Source: an uncultured Methanoregulaceae archaeon
Lineage (GTDB): Archaea > Halobacteriota > Methanomicrobia > Methanomicrobiales > Methanospirillaceae
Assembly: GCA_963841015.1 (NCBI GenBank)
Contig: CAWJAX010000005.1
Coordinates: forward strand, 128,001 to 192,000
Reading direction: 5' to 3'
DNA length: 64,000 nt
The notes beneath the pieces are model-generated. The model was not told the origin of the DNA and made no database searches. It saw nothing but the letters and a program-made list of their open reading frames with translations. Shown piece by piece: positions 1 to 9,434 of this stretch. How positions within the stretch are numbered: position 1 is the first letter of the stretch; every line of letters starts with the position of its first letter. The translations under genes were made by a program, and so were the position numbers.

Positions 1-588
1 CCTCTTATAGACCAGCACGCCCCTCCGCTGCCATGCCGGAGTAGTGGCAAGGTTGAACCCCCGTTTATGCATCATATCATGGAGATCTTTTGCCGGCAGG
101 CCTTTTAACCGGGCTGCAGCCTTTTTTGCACTCATCCCTTCTTTAATCAACGCCTGCTGGCAGTAACCGTTTATATGATTACGCCATGCCTCGTTCTGCC
201 GGTTTGTCAGGTATTCGAGAGCAAATTCCCGTGTTGCCGGAATGACCCGTGCATCGAATGACAGGGCAGTTGTCGTTCCGAGGATAAGGGTGAGGGAACT
301 TGCCGCAAAGGAAGCGGATACCGAGTCGATCTTTTCCACCCGGCCATTAAACGGGAGTTGGGTGAAATAGAGGCTGATCTCATCCGAGAAAGTAAACGCA
401 AAATCAGGACAGAGCCCGCTGTCAGCCACAAGCAATTGGCATACCTGAACCATTGCATCGCCGAACCGGTCATCAAATGGTTTTTTCAGGGCAAGGTTCT
501 CTGCAAGCCGGTGAAATGCACGCCCGTCAAGCCTGACAAAAACAGGGGGAATCGTAGTGATTGCTGAAAATATTTCCCGGTTTTCCAT
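1..588 (-). CDS. thg1: tRNA(His) guanylyltransferase Thg1-like protein (3' end runs off the window)
   Basis: Not in the ORF track. Manual translation from ATG at 588 gives MENREIFSAITTIPPVFVRLDGRAFHRL...KPFD...FSDEISL...FNGRVEKIDS...SFDARVI...RQNEAWRN...TPAWQRRG, which carries the Thg1 motifs. Confidence 0.92.
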   Translation of the reverse strand, partial: MENREIFSAITTIPPVFVRLDGRAFHRLAENLALKKPFDDRFGDAMVQVCQLLVADSGLCPDFAFTFSDEISLYFTQLPFNGRVEKIDSVSASFAASSLTLILGTTTALSFDARVIPATREFALEYLTNRQNEAWRNHINGYCQQALIKEGMSAKKAAARLKGLPAKDLHDMMHKRGFNLATTPAWQRRGVLVYKR

Positions 589-650
589 ACAACAACCATG
601 CAGGAGAAAAAAAATACGAATGATTCTCCCGCAGCAACCCGATTCCTTTT

Positions 651-914
651 TTACTCTTCCACACTGCCGCCCGTGAAGGCTCCCGGCAGGTGGCGGATCA
701 GGACTATATCGTCTATCGCGCTGATGATTCGGTAGGGGATCTTGAGGCCTTTGAAATTTTTCAGCTCAAAGAGCTGGTCATTGACCTTGCTGACTACAAT
801 TGAATCTATCTTCTTCTGATCCACATCAATGAGAACATCTTCGACTTCGCCGACAAACATGCCCTTGTCCGTATAGATCTGAAGCCCGAACAACTCTGTA
901 ATCTGGGTTTCCAT
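651..914 (-). CDS. PRC-barrel domain protein
   Basis: ELFGLQIYTDKGMFVGEVEDVLID...IPYRIISAIDDIVLI pattern. Confidence 0.88.
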   Translation of the reverse strand: METQITELFGLQIYTDKGMFVGEVEDVLIDVDQKKIDSIVVSKVNDQLFELKNFKGLKIPYRIISAIDDIVLIRHLPGAFTGGSVEE

Positions 915-965
915 CGTTATCAGATGAAAGTATATACTTAAGAGTTAAAAAGATAATCCTTTGTT

Positions 966-2099
966 ATGGAAGGATCGTTTCGGATCGGACGCATCTTTGG
1001 GATTCCGATCCTGATCCATTATTCCTTTATCCTGGTCATTCCACTGTTCGCCTGGATCATCGGGAGCCAGATTACGCTCACCGCAGATATGCTCCAGGGT
1101 GTCTTTTCCGTCCCGATCGATACCTCGCTTATTACCGAGGGTATTATGCCCTGGGTTCTGGGTACCGTTATTGCTCTCGGTCTTTTTGGAGGTGTCCTCG
1201 TTCACGAACTTGCTCATTCGCTGGTCGCCCGCCGCAAAGGGATCAAGATTAACAGCATCACACTCATGATCTTCGGCGGCATTGCGGCTATGGAAGAAGG
1301 GATTCCGGACCCGAAAGCCGAACTGCCCATGGCGCTGGTAGGACCGATCGCCAGTCTCGTTGTCGGTCTGATGTGCGTTGCGATTGCGTATGCAGTTCCT
1401 GCTGTCATAAAGAACCCTCCTGTCGCCGGTGTAGTGGTCTTTGTGTTTGGATATCTCGGGTTACTCAATATTATCCTCTTTGCATTCAATCTCTTACCTG
1501 CATTCCCGATGGACGGGGGCAGGGTGCTGCGTGCATGGCTGGCTGAAAGGATGCCACTCCATCGTGCGACAAAGATTGCTGCAGACATAGGGAAAGGCTT
1601 TGCAATTGTCTTTGGGCTTATCGGACTCTTTTTCTTCTCCCCCTTCCTGATCCTCATCGCGCTCTTTATCTATATCGGTGCGAGCATGGAGTCGGCGGCG
1701 GTGAAGTACAGTTTCCTGCTCCAGGATGTAACGGTTGGCGACATGATGAGCAGCCCGGTAACGACCGTTCCCCCCACTCTTCCCGTCAGCCAGGTGATCA
1801 CCATGATGTACTCAAGCAAGCATCTCGGGTTTCCTGTAGTCGAGCGGGATACGTTGATCGGCATGGTGACGCTTGCTGATATTAACCATATGACTTCGAT
1901 AGATCGTGAGGCGATGCAGGTCCGGGATGTCATGACCCGTGACCCGGTTACACTCCCTCCTACAGCGCCAGTGATTGATGCACTGAAGATCATGTCAGCA
2001 CGCAACTTCGGCAGGATCCCTGTCGTGCAGGACGGCAAAATTCTCGGGATCGTAACCCGGACAGATATCATCAAAGTGACGGAACTGAAACAGATTTAG
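966..2099 (+). CDS. Site-2 (M50, SpoIVFB-like) intramembrane zinc protease with C-terminal CBS pair
   Basis: HELAH and NLLPAFPMDGGR motifs, several TM helices, two CBS repeats. Confidence 0.93.
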   Translation: MEGSFRIGRIFGIPILIHYSFILVIPLFAWIIGSQITLTADMLQGVFSVPIDTSLITEGIMPWVLGTVIALGLFGGVLVHELAHSLVARRKGIKINSITLMIFGGIAAMEEGIPDPKAELPMALVGPIASLVVGLMCVAIAYAVPAVIKNPPVAGVVVFVFGYLGLLNIILFAFNLLPAFPMDGGRVLRAWLAERMPLHRATKIAADIGKGFAIVFGLIGLFFFSPFLILIALFIYIGASMESAAVKYSFLLQDVTVGDMMSSPVTTVPPTLPVSQVITMMYSSKHLGFPVVERDTLIGMVTLADINHMTSIDREAMQVRDVMTRDPVTLPPTAPVIDALKIMSARNFGRIPVVQDGKILGIVTRTDIIKVTELKQI

Positions 2100-3739
2100 A
2101 ATGTAAGGAGCAGATCAATGGGTGAACTCCCGGCAACTTTCCGGTAAGCATCAAGATTTTTGAAAGGCCGTTTCACCAGCACCGAAGCCACTTTTTTCTT
2201 CCCTATACCCGGCAGCCATTTTAATGCGGTTGCCGGGAGCATGTTGATCTCGATGGGAACGGGTAAGGCTGTCACAGAACGCATACCCCAGTCAACCACC
2301 ACTGCATCAATAATACTCCGTTCGGAAAGACGGACCGGAATTCCGACCAGGAGGGGGTACGAGCCCATCTGCCGCCCGAAGGAGAGATCCCCGCAGACTT
2401 CAATGCGAACATCGCGAAGTACCGTACCAATGGGAAAGACCCGCTGGAGCATCGGGAGATCAATTTTATGCCTCACAAATTCCTTGAAACGCCTGAACCG
2501 GTGATCAAATTTCCCCAGAGTATTGTGTGTGTACGCAGGTGTGCCTTCAAACGGCATTACCTGCCGGATGTTTACGCGCCTGACGGAAAGCCCGGCATCA
2601 CGTACTTGAACGAGGAACTGTTCGTTCATGTCGTAGGTCTCCTCGGTCTCTCCCGCGAGACCGCAGACGAAGTTGAGCCCCGGGAGCAGTTCAGGTACAT
2701 TGTCCCTTCGCATGCCACCCTCTTCATTTACGATCCGGATCGCCCGGAAAACTTCATCTGATTTTGCCTTGAGGTTGTTAGCCGCTATCACTGCCGGGTC
2801 AGCAGTCTCCATACCAAACGCAGCGACATCCCCGGGCGTATGATGCCGTATGATTGCCCGTATTGCCTCACGGCTCTCCTCTTCGTGCTTTGCGATTGTC
2901 GCAGGGTTCGTATTATCGATATGAAGGGTTTTTAATGCAGGTGCTGCAGTGCGAATTGAGGCAAAGAGGGTTTCCAGGAGATCTGGGCGCGGTGCGGGAT
3001 ACTCTCCGGCACCCGCACCATAGGCAAGAATGTCAGGCTGCCGTCCCACCCTGAAATGCCTCGCCCCGTGAAAATGGAGTGAAGTGACTTCTTCAACTAT
3101 ACTTTCGATGGGACGGTACTTCGGTGTCCCATAAAAAGGTTCGGTGCAGAATGAACACCCACCCGATGCACCGTGAGAGCAGCCCCGTGCGGTCTCGAGC
3201 TCACACATGACCTGAGGGTAATCCGGATGCTGCTCAATAATCCCGCTGCCGGCAACACTCCACGGGTCGGTTCGAGAGTAATCGAGTGCTCCTGCTGGTT
3301 TATTCCCCCCAAGATAATTGTCCAGTGCAATGGCCGGTTCTCCCTTAAGCAGGGCTTCAAAACCACTGATGACCTGTTTGATCGCCCGCTGACCACCCTC
3401 TTGAGCATAACCGAACCCAATTGGCCCCCCTATCAGTTTTTTTGGTCCCCTGATCATTTGTCCGATCTGCTGGATCTCAGTAAGGGTTGCGGGAGTACCC
3501 CCAAGATATTTTCCCGGTACAGTTACTCCGGCAATCATTACCAGAAGGTTCGCACGGTCCAGCTTATTGATAAAATCCGGGTCATTCCGGAGCTGGTCAA
3601 TAGTCAGATACCGAACCGTGTACCTGTGTCCGATCAAAACACCAGCAACGGTGCGAATATAGGGGGATACGTACGGCGGCACGCCAAGGCATGCAGGTTC
3701 GTCGACGTACCCGTCAAGGATATAGGCTTCAGCAGGCAT
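2096..3739 (-). CDS. Radical SAM protein with TRAM-like and C-terminal helix-hairpin-helix domains (COG1031-like)
   Basis: ETARGCSHGASGGCSFC cluster motif, N-terminal DGYVDEPACLGVPPY, C-terminal LKWLPGIGKKK HhH. Confidence 0.85.
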   Translation of the reverse strand: MPAEAYILDGYVDEPACLGVPPYVSPYIRTVAGVLIGHRYTVRYLTIDQLRNDPDFINKLDRANLLVMIAGVTVPGKYLGGTPATLTEIQQIGQMIRGPKKLIGGPIGFGYAQEGGQRAIKQVISGFEALLKGEPAIALDNYLGGNKPAGALDYSRTDPWSVAGSGIIEQHPDYPQVMCELETARGCSHGASGGCSFCTEPFYGTPKYRPIESIVEEVTSLHFHGARHFRVGRQPDILAYGAGAGEYPAPRPDLLETLFASIRTAAPALKTLHIDNTNPATIAKHEEESREAIRAIIRHHTPGDVAAFGMETADPAVIAANNLKAKSDEVFRAIRIVNEEGGMRRDNVPELLPGLNFVCGLAGETEETYDMNEQFLVQVRDAGLSVRRVNIRQVMPFEGTPAYTHNTLGKFDHRFRRFKEFVRHKIDLPMLQRVFPIGTVLRDVRIEVCGDLSFGRQMGSYPLLVGIPVRLSERSIIDAVVVDWGMRSVTALPVPIEINMLPATALKWLPGIGKKKVASVLVKRPFKNLDAYRKVAGSSPIDLLLTF

Positions 3740-4349
3740 GGCCGATCAGGGCAAGCAGTTTTCGCGCCCAGAAAAGTTTGCCCCGCTTCATCGGGTCTAC
3801 ATTGTTATCATCAAGGTCAAACCCGATAAGAGTGATATGTTCTGCACCGAGTTCGTCAGCTGCAAAAACAGCACGGTCACCGTCAGAAAATCCACCAAAA
3901 TTGTGGACATGCGGGAGCGGGATGCTCTGCGTGGTCGCGACGACCGGGCCCTTGAATCGCGGTACCCAGTGTCGGAGCAGCGGTATGTTATCACCATGCG
4001 CATGAATTACTACAATGGTACCCGATTCATTCAACGAAAGGAGGCGGTCTGTCGCACCATCAAGATCGGTGAAAACCGCATCCGGGCGGATATCGTGTGC
4101 ATCAAGCACTTCAGCTGCTGCATCCGCGGCGAATACGACACCCTGAATTTTGCCAAGCTCATCTTTCAGGCAGGGTGCGTTTCCACAGACAGTGACGTAA
4201 TTGTCGCAGGTTAGTGCAGCAAGGGAGAGAAGATTGTCCCGGGTCATGAGCGCGGCCAGCACCCGTGCCGCTTCCTCATCCTGTGCTCGATCGAACCCGA
4301 AATATTCCAGAATTTCGCAGTAATAAGGCTCCCACACGTCAAAATTCAT
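3729..4349 (-). CDS. mptE: 6-hydroxymethyl-7,8-dihydropterin pyrophosphokinase (MptE/DUF115)
   Basis: AADAAA, VFTDLDG, HAHGDNI and NFGGFSDGDRA motifs. Start taken at the ATG of MNFDVW. Confidence 0.85.
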   Translation of the reverse strand: MNFDVWEPYYCEILEYFGFDRAQDEEAARVLAALMTRDNLLSLAALTCDNYVTVCGNAPCLKDELGKIQGVVFAADAAAEVLDAHDIRPDAVFTDLDGATDRLLSLNESGTIVVIHAHGDNIPLLRHWVPRFKGPVVATTQSIPLPHVHNFGGFSDGDRAVFAADELGAEHITLIGFDLDDNNVDPMKRGKLFWARKLLALIGHAC

Positions 4350-4527
4350 AGCTAATCCCAAACCCTTTGATAAACTTTTTTTTCTGATACCGGCTTTTTA
4401 CTTGTCCATCACTTTACCAGAAATGCCCGGCAGGGCTGATGAAAGCACCAGTCCCCCTTCCCATTGTTCAACACATTTCTCAAAAATTTTCCTGTTCCGA
4501 ATTGATTTTTCCCGTATTTTCGGAAGA

Positions 4528-5997
4528 TTATACTCCATTCTTCCTTCCCTCGTTTTCCAGTCCGACGAGGTTCTTGAACTTCTGCAGGATGGGTTCGATG
4601 ACAAACTCAAGCAGCTGGTCTTTTTTCTCGACCTTGCCAAAGTAATGGAGGGGGAGGGTGGCTGCAGCCATATTCGGGTGACCGCCTGCATCGCCCATTT
4701 CCCCGAACGCTTCTGAAAGTGCATTGCCGATATGCAACCTGATATCGCGGTTGCGTGCAGAGATCACGATCGCGTTATCCGTGATACCATACACGAGTGC
4801 TGTATTCACCCCTTCGAGGGTGATAAGGATGTCGGCTGCCTGGGGGAGTGCATCACGGTTCATAACATAGCCAACATTGGCAAAGAGATACCCGCTCTGC
4901 ACCTTGCGCCGGGTAATAGCTGAACCAATTACGTCAAGGGTTTCCTGCGACATGGAAGGTGACATGATCTTATCGAGCAGGTCAGCATCCGTAAGAGGAA
5001 GGAGGAACCCTGCGTAGTTGAGATCCTGGGGCGTTACATTGCGCTTGAACTCCTTGGTATCCGTACGGATACCATACAGCAGTGCAGTCGCGACCCGTTT
5101 GTCAACCGGGACATCGAGCTCCTGCAGGTACTGGGTAAGGATGCTTGCGGTTGCACCCACACCAGGGCGGATATCTACAAATGTAGTCTGCGTTGCCATG
5201 TGCCTGCCCTCCTTGTGATGGTCGATGATAATATTAATCCTGGTCTGGGGGGGTATGTCATTGTTAGCACCAGGTCCCGAACTGTCGACAAGAGCAAGAT
5301 AGGTGCATTTCTGGAGAGCATCTGCTGTCATGTGTTCCATCTTGATGTCGAGCAGGTTGACAAACGTCCGGTTTTCCTGGTGGCCAATACTGCCTTCGTA
5401 AAAGATCCGTGTTGAGAGTGATTTCGGGTTGGCATGCTTTGCAATCTCAGCAAGGGCCATGGCAGAAGAGATTGCATCCGGGTCCGGATTCTTGTGGGTG
5501 ATGATTCCCAGTGTCCCCTCCCAACCGGCAAGCAGAGTAAACAGCCGCTGGGAAATCCTGCTCGAGTGCTGCTTTTTTATCTGAAGGATAGCCGACCTTG
5601 CAACCACTTCCTGGGGGTAAAGCACAAATTCCGCCCCGGCAGCAGTGAGCATCTGCCCGTTCACCGGATCGATCGAGCGCACGACTACCAGAACAGCCGG
5701 GTATCGTTTCTTGATGGAGAGTACTGCTGCGAGGTTGGCATCACCATCACCGGTCATCACAAACGCGATCTCGAAAATCGGGAGACCACTCAGCATGTCC
5801 GGTGAAGTGATATCCCGCAGGTACGCGTCATACTTCTGGTCACGGAGGTTACGGACACGTGTATCGTCCTTGTCAACCACGATCACGCGCTCATTCTCTT
5901 TTGCGAGTTCCAGAATGATGTTGTAACCGTTGGTCCCGCACCCGAAAATGCAGTATTTTGTCGTTCCCGGCTGCTCAAACGGGGCTTCTTGCGGCAT
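4528..5997 (-). CDS. DHH/DHHA1 phosphoesterase with N-terminal TrkA-N (RCK) domain
   Basis: IFGCGTNG Rossmann motif, then HKNPDPDA, LVDS, IIDHH, GIRTDT and AGGH. Confidence 0.88.
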   Translation of the reverse strand: MPQEAPFEQPGTTKYCIFGCGTNGYNIILELAKENERVIVVDKDDTRVRNLRDQKYDAYLRDITSPDMLSGLPIFEIAFVMTGDGDANLAAVLSIKKRYPAVLVVVRSIDPVNGQMLTAAGAEFVLYPQEVVARSAILQIKKQHSSRISQRLFTLLAGWEGTLGIITHKNPDPDAISSAMALAEIAKHANPKSLSTRIFYEGSIGHQENRTFVNLLDIKMEHMTADALQKCTYLALVDSSGPGANNDIPPQTRINIIIDHHKEGRHMATQTTFVDIRPGVGATASILTQYLQELDVPVDKRVATALLYGIRTDTKEFKRNVTPQDLNYAGFLLPLTDADLLDKIMSPSMSQETLDVIGSAITRRKVQSGYLFANVGYVMNRDALPQAADILITLEGVNTALVYGITDNAIVISARNRDIRLHIGNALSEAFGEMGDAGGHPNMAAATLPLHYFGKVEKKDQLLEFVIEPILQKFKNLVGLENEGRKNGV

Positions 5998-6102
5998 GTT
6001 ACACAAAGATGTATCATTCCAGCGTATTAAGGGATTCCAATGCACCCATCTCCAAAACATTTATTCGGCATTATCAACTACATTACTAGGTCTAACGAGC
6101 GT

Positions 6103-6176
6103 GGGTCTGTCACTTAGTTCGGCATAGCGGCGGACTCTTAATCCGCAGGTCAAGGGTTCAAATCCCTTCAGGCCCG
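6103..6176 (+). tRNA. tRNA-Lys(CTT), D-stem atypical
   Basis: Acceptor GGGTCTG/CAGGCCC, anticodon arm GCGGA-CTCTTAA-TCCGC, T arm AAGGG-TTCAAAT-CCCTT. Confidence 0.88.
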
Positions 6177-6347
6177 TTTTTCACCCCATTTGTTTTTATT
6201 TTTACCTTCTTCTGCCGAGTGATAATTGCATATCCTGAGTGCCTGTACCAATTTCATTTCTACAAAAAAAGTCTATCTGCTCATTTTTCCCATGGAAGCA
6301 TGGGAAAAAAGGTGGCACATGAACGCAAAGCAAACCCGGATAAGGGA

Positions 6348-6629
6348 TTACTTTTTCAGAGCACCTTCGAGCCAGTCCCCGATTAAGGCACCCATGATAA
6401 ACATGATAACGAATAATATTATGACGATAAAAACCCGATACACTCCCAGGAAATCGACATCAATGCTTATGCCTTCGGGAACAAGGAACAGAGAGGCGAT
6501 CACAAAAATACTACCCAAAACGAAACCGATAATCGCGCTGTTTTTGAGAATGCCTACGAAGTCTTCTTTCCCACGGTGAAAAAAGCCAAATGCAATACCG
6601 ATAGCGAAATTCAGCAGTTCAAGCCACAC
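6348..6629 (-). CDS. Small hypothetical membrane protein (about 3 TM)
   Basis: 93-aa hydrophobic ORF with an AGGAG-like RBS upstream. Confidence 0.7.
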   Translation of the reverse strand: MWLELLNFAIGIAFGFFHRGKEDFVGILKNSAIIGFVLGSIFVIASLFLVPEGISIDVDFLGVYRVFIVIILFVIMFIMGALIGDWLEGALKK

Positions 6630-6773
6630 CTGGATACTCCTGTTTTAAAGCATCATATCGTACTCCAATCCCTAAATAGGTTCCGTGAAGTGATGGGACA
6701 TCTGCCTGGCACAACCTGTTTTTTTAATGTTGTCAGGAATTGTGTGCCGGATGCCTGATAAGGAACACCGTCA

Positions 6774-7124
6774 TTATTCAAGGGTAATGAATGCCTGCCG
6801 CCATGGTTTTTTACCAATAACCCGGGTTTTATGGCCATGTCCGGAAACATCCTCGGCAAGCAGGACATCCCCCTTGCCAAACAGCCTTTTATCACCGCTG
6901 GTTACTTCTATTTCGGCCCTTCCTTCAAGGGTGACAACATACTCCCTGCAGACAACGTTGTGCCAGGTGTATTGATAATCAGCAGGTACTTCTCTGAAAA
7001 AAAAAGCCTTTACACCAGTCGGATGGGTAAAAAAGCCCAGAGGACCGCGGGATTCCAGATGAATCTCAATTTCATCAAAATGGGACTCATTATCCTTCCC
7101 GGTATAAAGTCGCGTGATTCGCAT
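6774..7124 (-). CDS. Cupin-fold protein
   Basis: WHNVVCREYVVTLEG...GDVLLAEDVSGHGHKT pattern, with a GAGG RBS. Confidence 0.8.
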   Translation of the reverse strand: MRITRLYTGKDNESHFDEIEIHLESRGPLGFFTHPTGVKAFFFREVPADYQYTWHNVVCREYVVTLEGRAEIEVTSGDKRLFGKGDVLLAEDVSGHGHKTRVIGKKPWRQAFITLE

Positions 7125-7379
7125 GTTCTGTCCTCAGTTAAAATTGTTTGATGATAAAAATTCCGAAACCTGGAAACACCAAATACTAACAATCGGAGCA
7201 AGAGATTAATTTTTTTGTTTTATCTTCCTGAACACACGCAAACTTCCTGTTATGATGAGATCCTTATCAGAAATGAGGGTCCTTTCACATCCGGATTTTT
7301 TTAGAATCAGGGAATGGCAGTGATCTTCAATTCACGGAAAATTTTTCCCGACAATTCTGGCAGGAGGGGGAAAGCGGAT

Positions 7380-7571
7380 TTATTTCTTTTTTGAGGATTT
7401 CTCATCATGATGGATCAATTTGCACCTGTTTACGCACTCCCAGTTCTCCGGAAGGTATTTCCCGTCAGGGCCGGGTTTCATGACAGCGTTATGCTTTGCG
7501 CCGCACACAAGGCATTCCATGAGTCCCGTTGATTCGTCAACCAGTTTCATAACGTTTTCTTTCTTTGTCAT
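7380..7571 (-). CDS. Small Cys-rich hypothetical protein (possible Zn ribbon)
   Basis: ECLVCG ... WECVNRC cysteine pairs. Start uncertain. Confidence 0.55.
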   Translation of the reverse strand: MTKKENVMKLVDESTGLMECLVCGAKHNAVMKPGPDGKYLPENWECVNRCKLIHHDEKSSKKK

Positions 7572-7786
7572 CTTACCAATGTCGATCTTTAAGGGTGATA
7601 AAATCATGGAATGGGGAGTCTGGTCGGATCACTCCAATGTTATGCCCGTGCCTGAAAAGGTATACGCTTCAGGTAAAAGAGCGATATGAATCAGGGCCGG
7701 ATAGAACGCAGGTGTCTTCAAACATAGCACATAAATCCTTGCAGGAGAACAAAAGGAATGCCTCATATCAGACAGGTGTGAAAAAG

Positions 7787-8360
7787 ATGGAATTCAAAGG
7801 AAGCAGAACAGAAAAAAACGTCCTTGCCGCATTTGCCGGTGAGTCCCAGGCACGTACACGCTACAGTTTCTTTGCAAGCGCAGCACGTAAGGAGGGATTT
7901 GAGCAGGTTGGAGCAGTCTTCCAGCAGACATCAGAAGAGGAGAAAGAACATGCAAAGCTCGTTTTTTAAACAGCTCAAAGGAGGCGACGCAGAGATTACT
8001 GCATCATATCCCGCCGGGGTAATCGGCACTACCAGAGATAACCTCATGGCGGCAGCAAAGGGCGAGAAGATGGAATGGGGTACTCTCTATCCTGCATTTG
8101 CCAAGACGGCAGAGGATGAAGGGTTCAAAGATATTGCCAATCTCTTCAGACAGGTTGCCAGGGTGGAGGTATACCATGAACGACGGTATACTAAACTGCT
8201 TACAAATCTTGAAAAAGACGCGGTTTTCAAAAAAGATGCTCCTGCTCAATGGTACTGCCGGAACTGCGGTTATGTCCATGACGGCAAGGCAGCTCCAGTG
8301 AAATGCCCGGTCTGTGATCACCCGCAGAGTTATTTCGAGCTGTGGGTAGAAAATTACTAA
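7787..8360 (+). CDS. rbr: Rubrerythrin (one extra base near 7960)
   Basis: [11 protein letters not shown]...EEKEHAK in frame 1 continues as FFKQLKG...EVYHERRY...WYCRNCG...CPVCDH in the +1 frame. Confidence 0.92.
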
Positions 8361-8474
8361 CCCTGATCATTCTTTTTTTAACCCAATTCAACTTCAGGAG
8401 CTGCAAAAAATTTTCCTGGCTTCATAAAATACTTCACCGCAACTCTTTTTTCCGAACACTGCAATCAACCCTTT

Positions 8475-8900
8475 ATGGAGAAGCCCGGACTTAAACACTT
8501 CCTGATTATTGTACTCCTTCTCGTTATTGCCGTTGCAGTGGCGATAGTCCTGAGCCCAAAGATATTCGGACCTGATGTGGCTGGCGGAACGGGAACCCTT
8601 ACCGGTAATGTCTCCATCGGACCCTTGTGTCCGGTCGAACCATGCATGGTGCCTCCGGACAGGCTTACTGCTGCCTATGCTGCACGAACAATTGTTGTTT
8701 CAAACGCAGGAGGATCGGTGATTGCGACAACAGCGCCGGATCCGTATGACGGTTATTCCTTCAGACTCAAGCCAGGAATATATATTGTTGATATCCGCCA
8801 CGCGGGAATTGACCGGAGTCCGGACCTGCCGGAAACCGTCACAATCCGCGCAGGGGAAACAGTCACCCTCGATATCTCGATAGACACGGGTATACGATAA
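8475..8900 (+). CDS. Membrane-anchored exported hypothetical protein (beta-sandwich, carboxypeptidase-regulatory-like)
   Basis: N-terminal TM helix, GPLCPVEPC motif, YSFRLKPGIYIV. Confidence 0.65.
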   Translation: MEKPGLKHFLIIVLLLVIAVAVAIVLSPKIFGPDVAGGTGTLTGNVSIGPLCPVEPCMVPPDRLTAAYAARTIVVSNAGGSVIATTAPDPYDGYSFRLKPGIYIVDIRHAGIDRSPDLPETVTIRAGETVTLDISIDTGIR

Positions 8901-8995
8901 AGATCAGATCCCACACTATTGCCATGTTCCTAAAAATTGATGACAGGTTGTGGAGGAAACGCCTTATGCCCGATCAGTGCCGGAATACTTAGGAT

Positions 8996-9379
8996 ATGGG
9001 GCATTATATCAGGGGCGATGTAGTGATCGTCCCGGTTACTTTTAACGAGCGGAGCGGGGCAAAGACCCGCCCTGCCGTGGTTATTGCATCGGGAAGGACC
9101 CCGGAGGTCTGCCTCTGCCCGGTCAGCAGTAAGCCCCCATCAGATGCACCCTGTGTTTCGATTTCATTGGACGATTTTTCAGAGGGTGGGCTCGACCTTT
9201 TTGGTGAAAGCTATGTGTTGACTTCGCGGGTACTGGTGATCCGGAGTGGTGAAGTCATAGGAAAACGGGGACGTCTTACCGAGGAATCTATCACATCTGT
9301 CATGCTTAAGGTGCCACCATCGCTGATACCCGATGATTACCGGGCAAAAGCAACGAAAGGATCAGGATTTCTGCGATAA
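8996..9379 (+). CDS. PemK/MazF family endoribonuclease-like protein
   Basis: RGDVVIVPV...KTRPAVVI...CPVSS...GL...SYV...KRGRL MazF signature. Confidence 0.82.
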   Translation: MGHYIRGDVVIVPVTFNERSGAKTRPAVVIASGRTPEVCLCPVSSKPPSDAPCVSISLDDFSEGGLDLFGESYVLTSRVLVIRSGEVIGKRGRLTEESITSVMLKVPPSLIPDDYRAKATKGSGFLR

Positions 9380-9434
9380 CCGTATCAACTTATATTCGCA
9401 TTCTTCTTTATCCGGAATTAGTGAGGTTGCAAGG

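Noticed and set aside
7336-7348. NrpR operator-like GGAA...TTCC
   Set aside because: The spacer is 5 nt rather than 6 and no nitrogen gene is adjacent.
7955-7972. Programmed +1 frameshift in rubrerythrin at GTT-TTT-TAA
   Set aside because: It looks like a shifty stop, but deleting one C restores CTG-TTT-TTT-AAA (LFFK), and ten other indels with no shared motif point to assembly error. Not fully excluded without reads.
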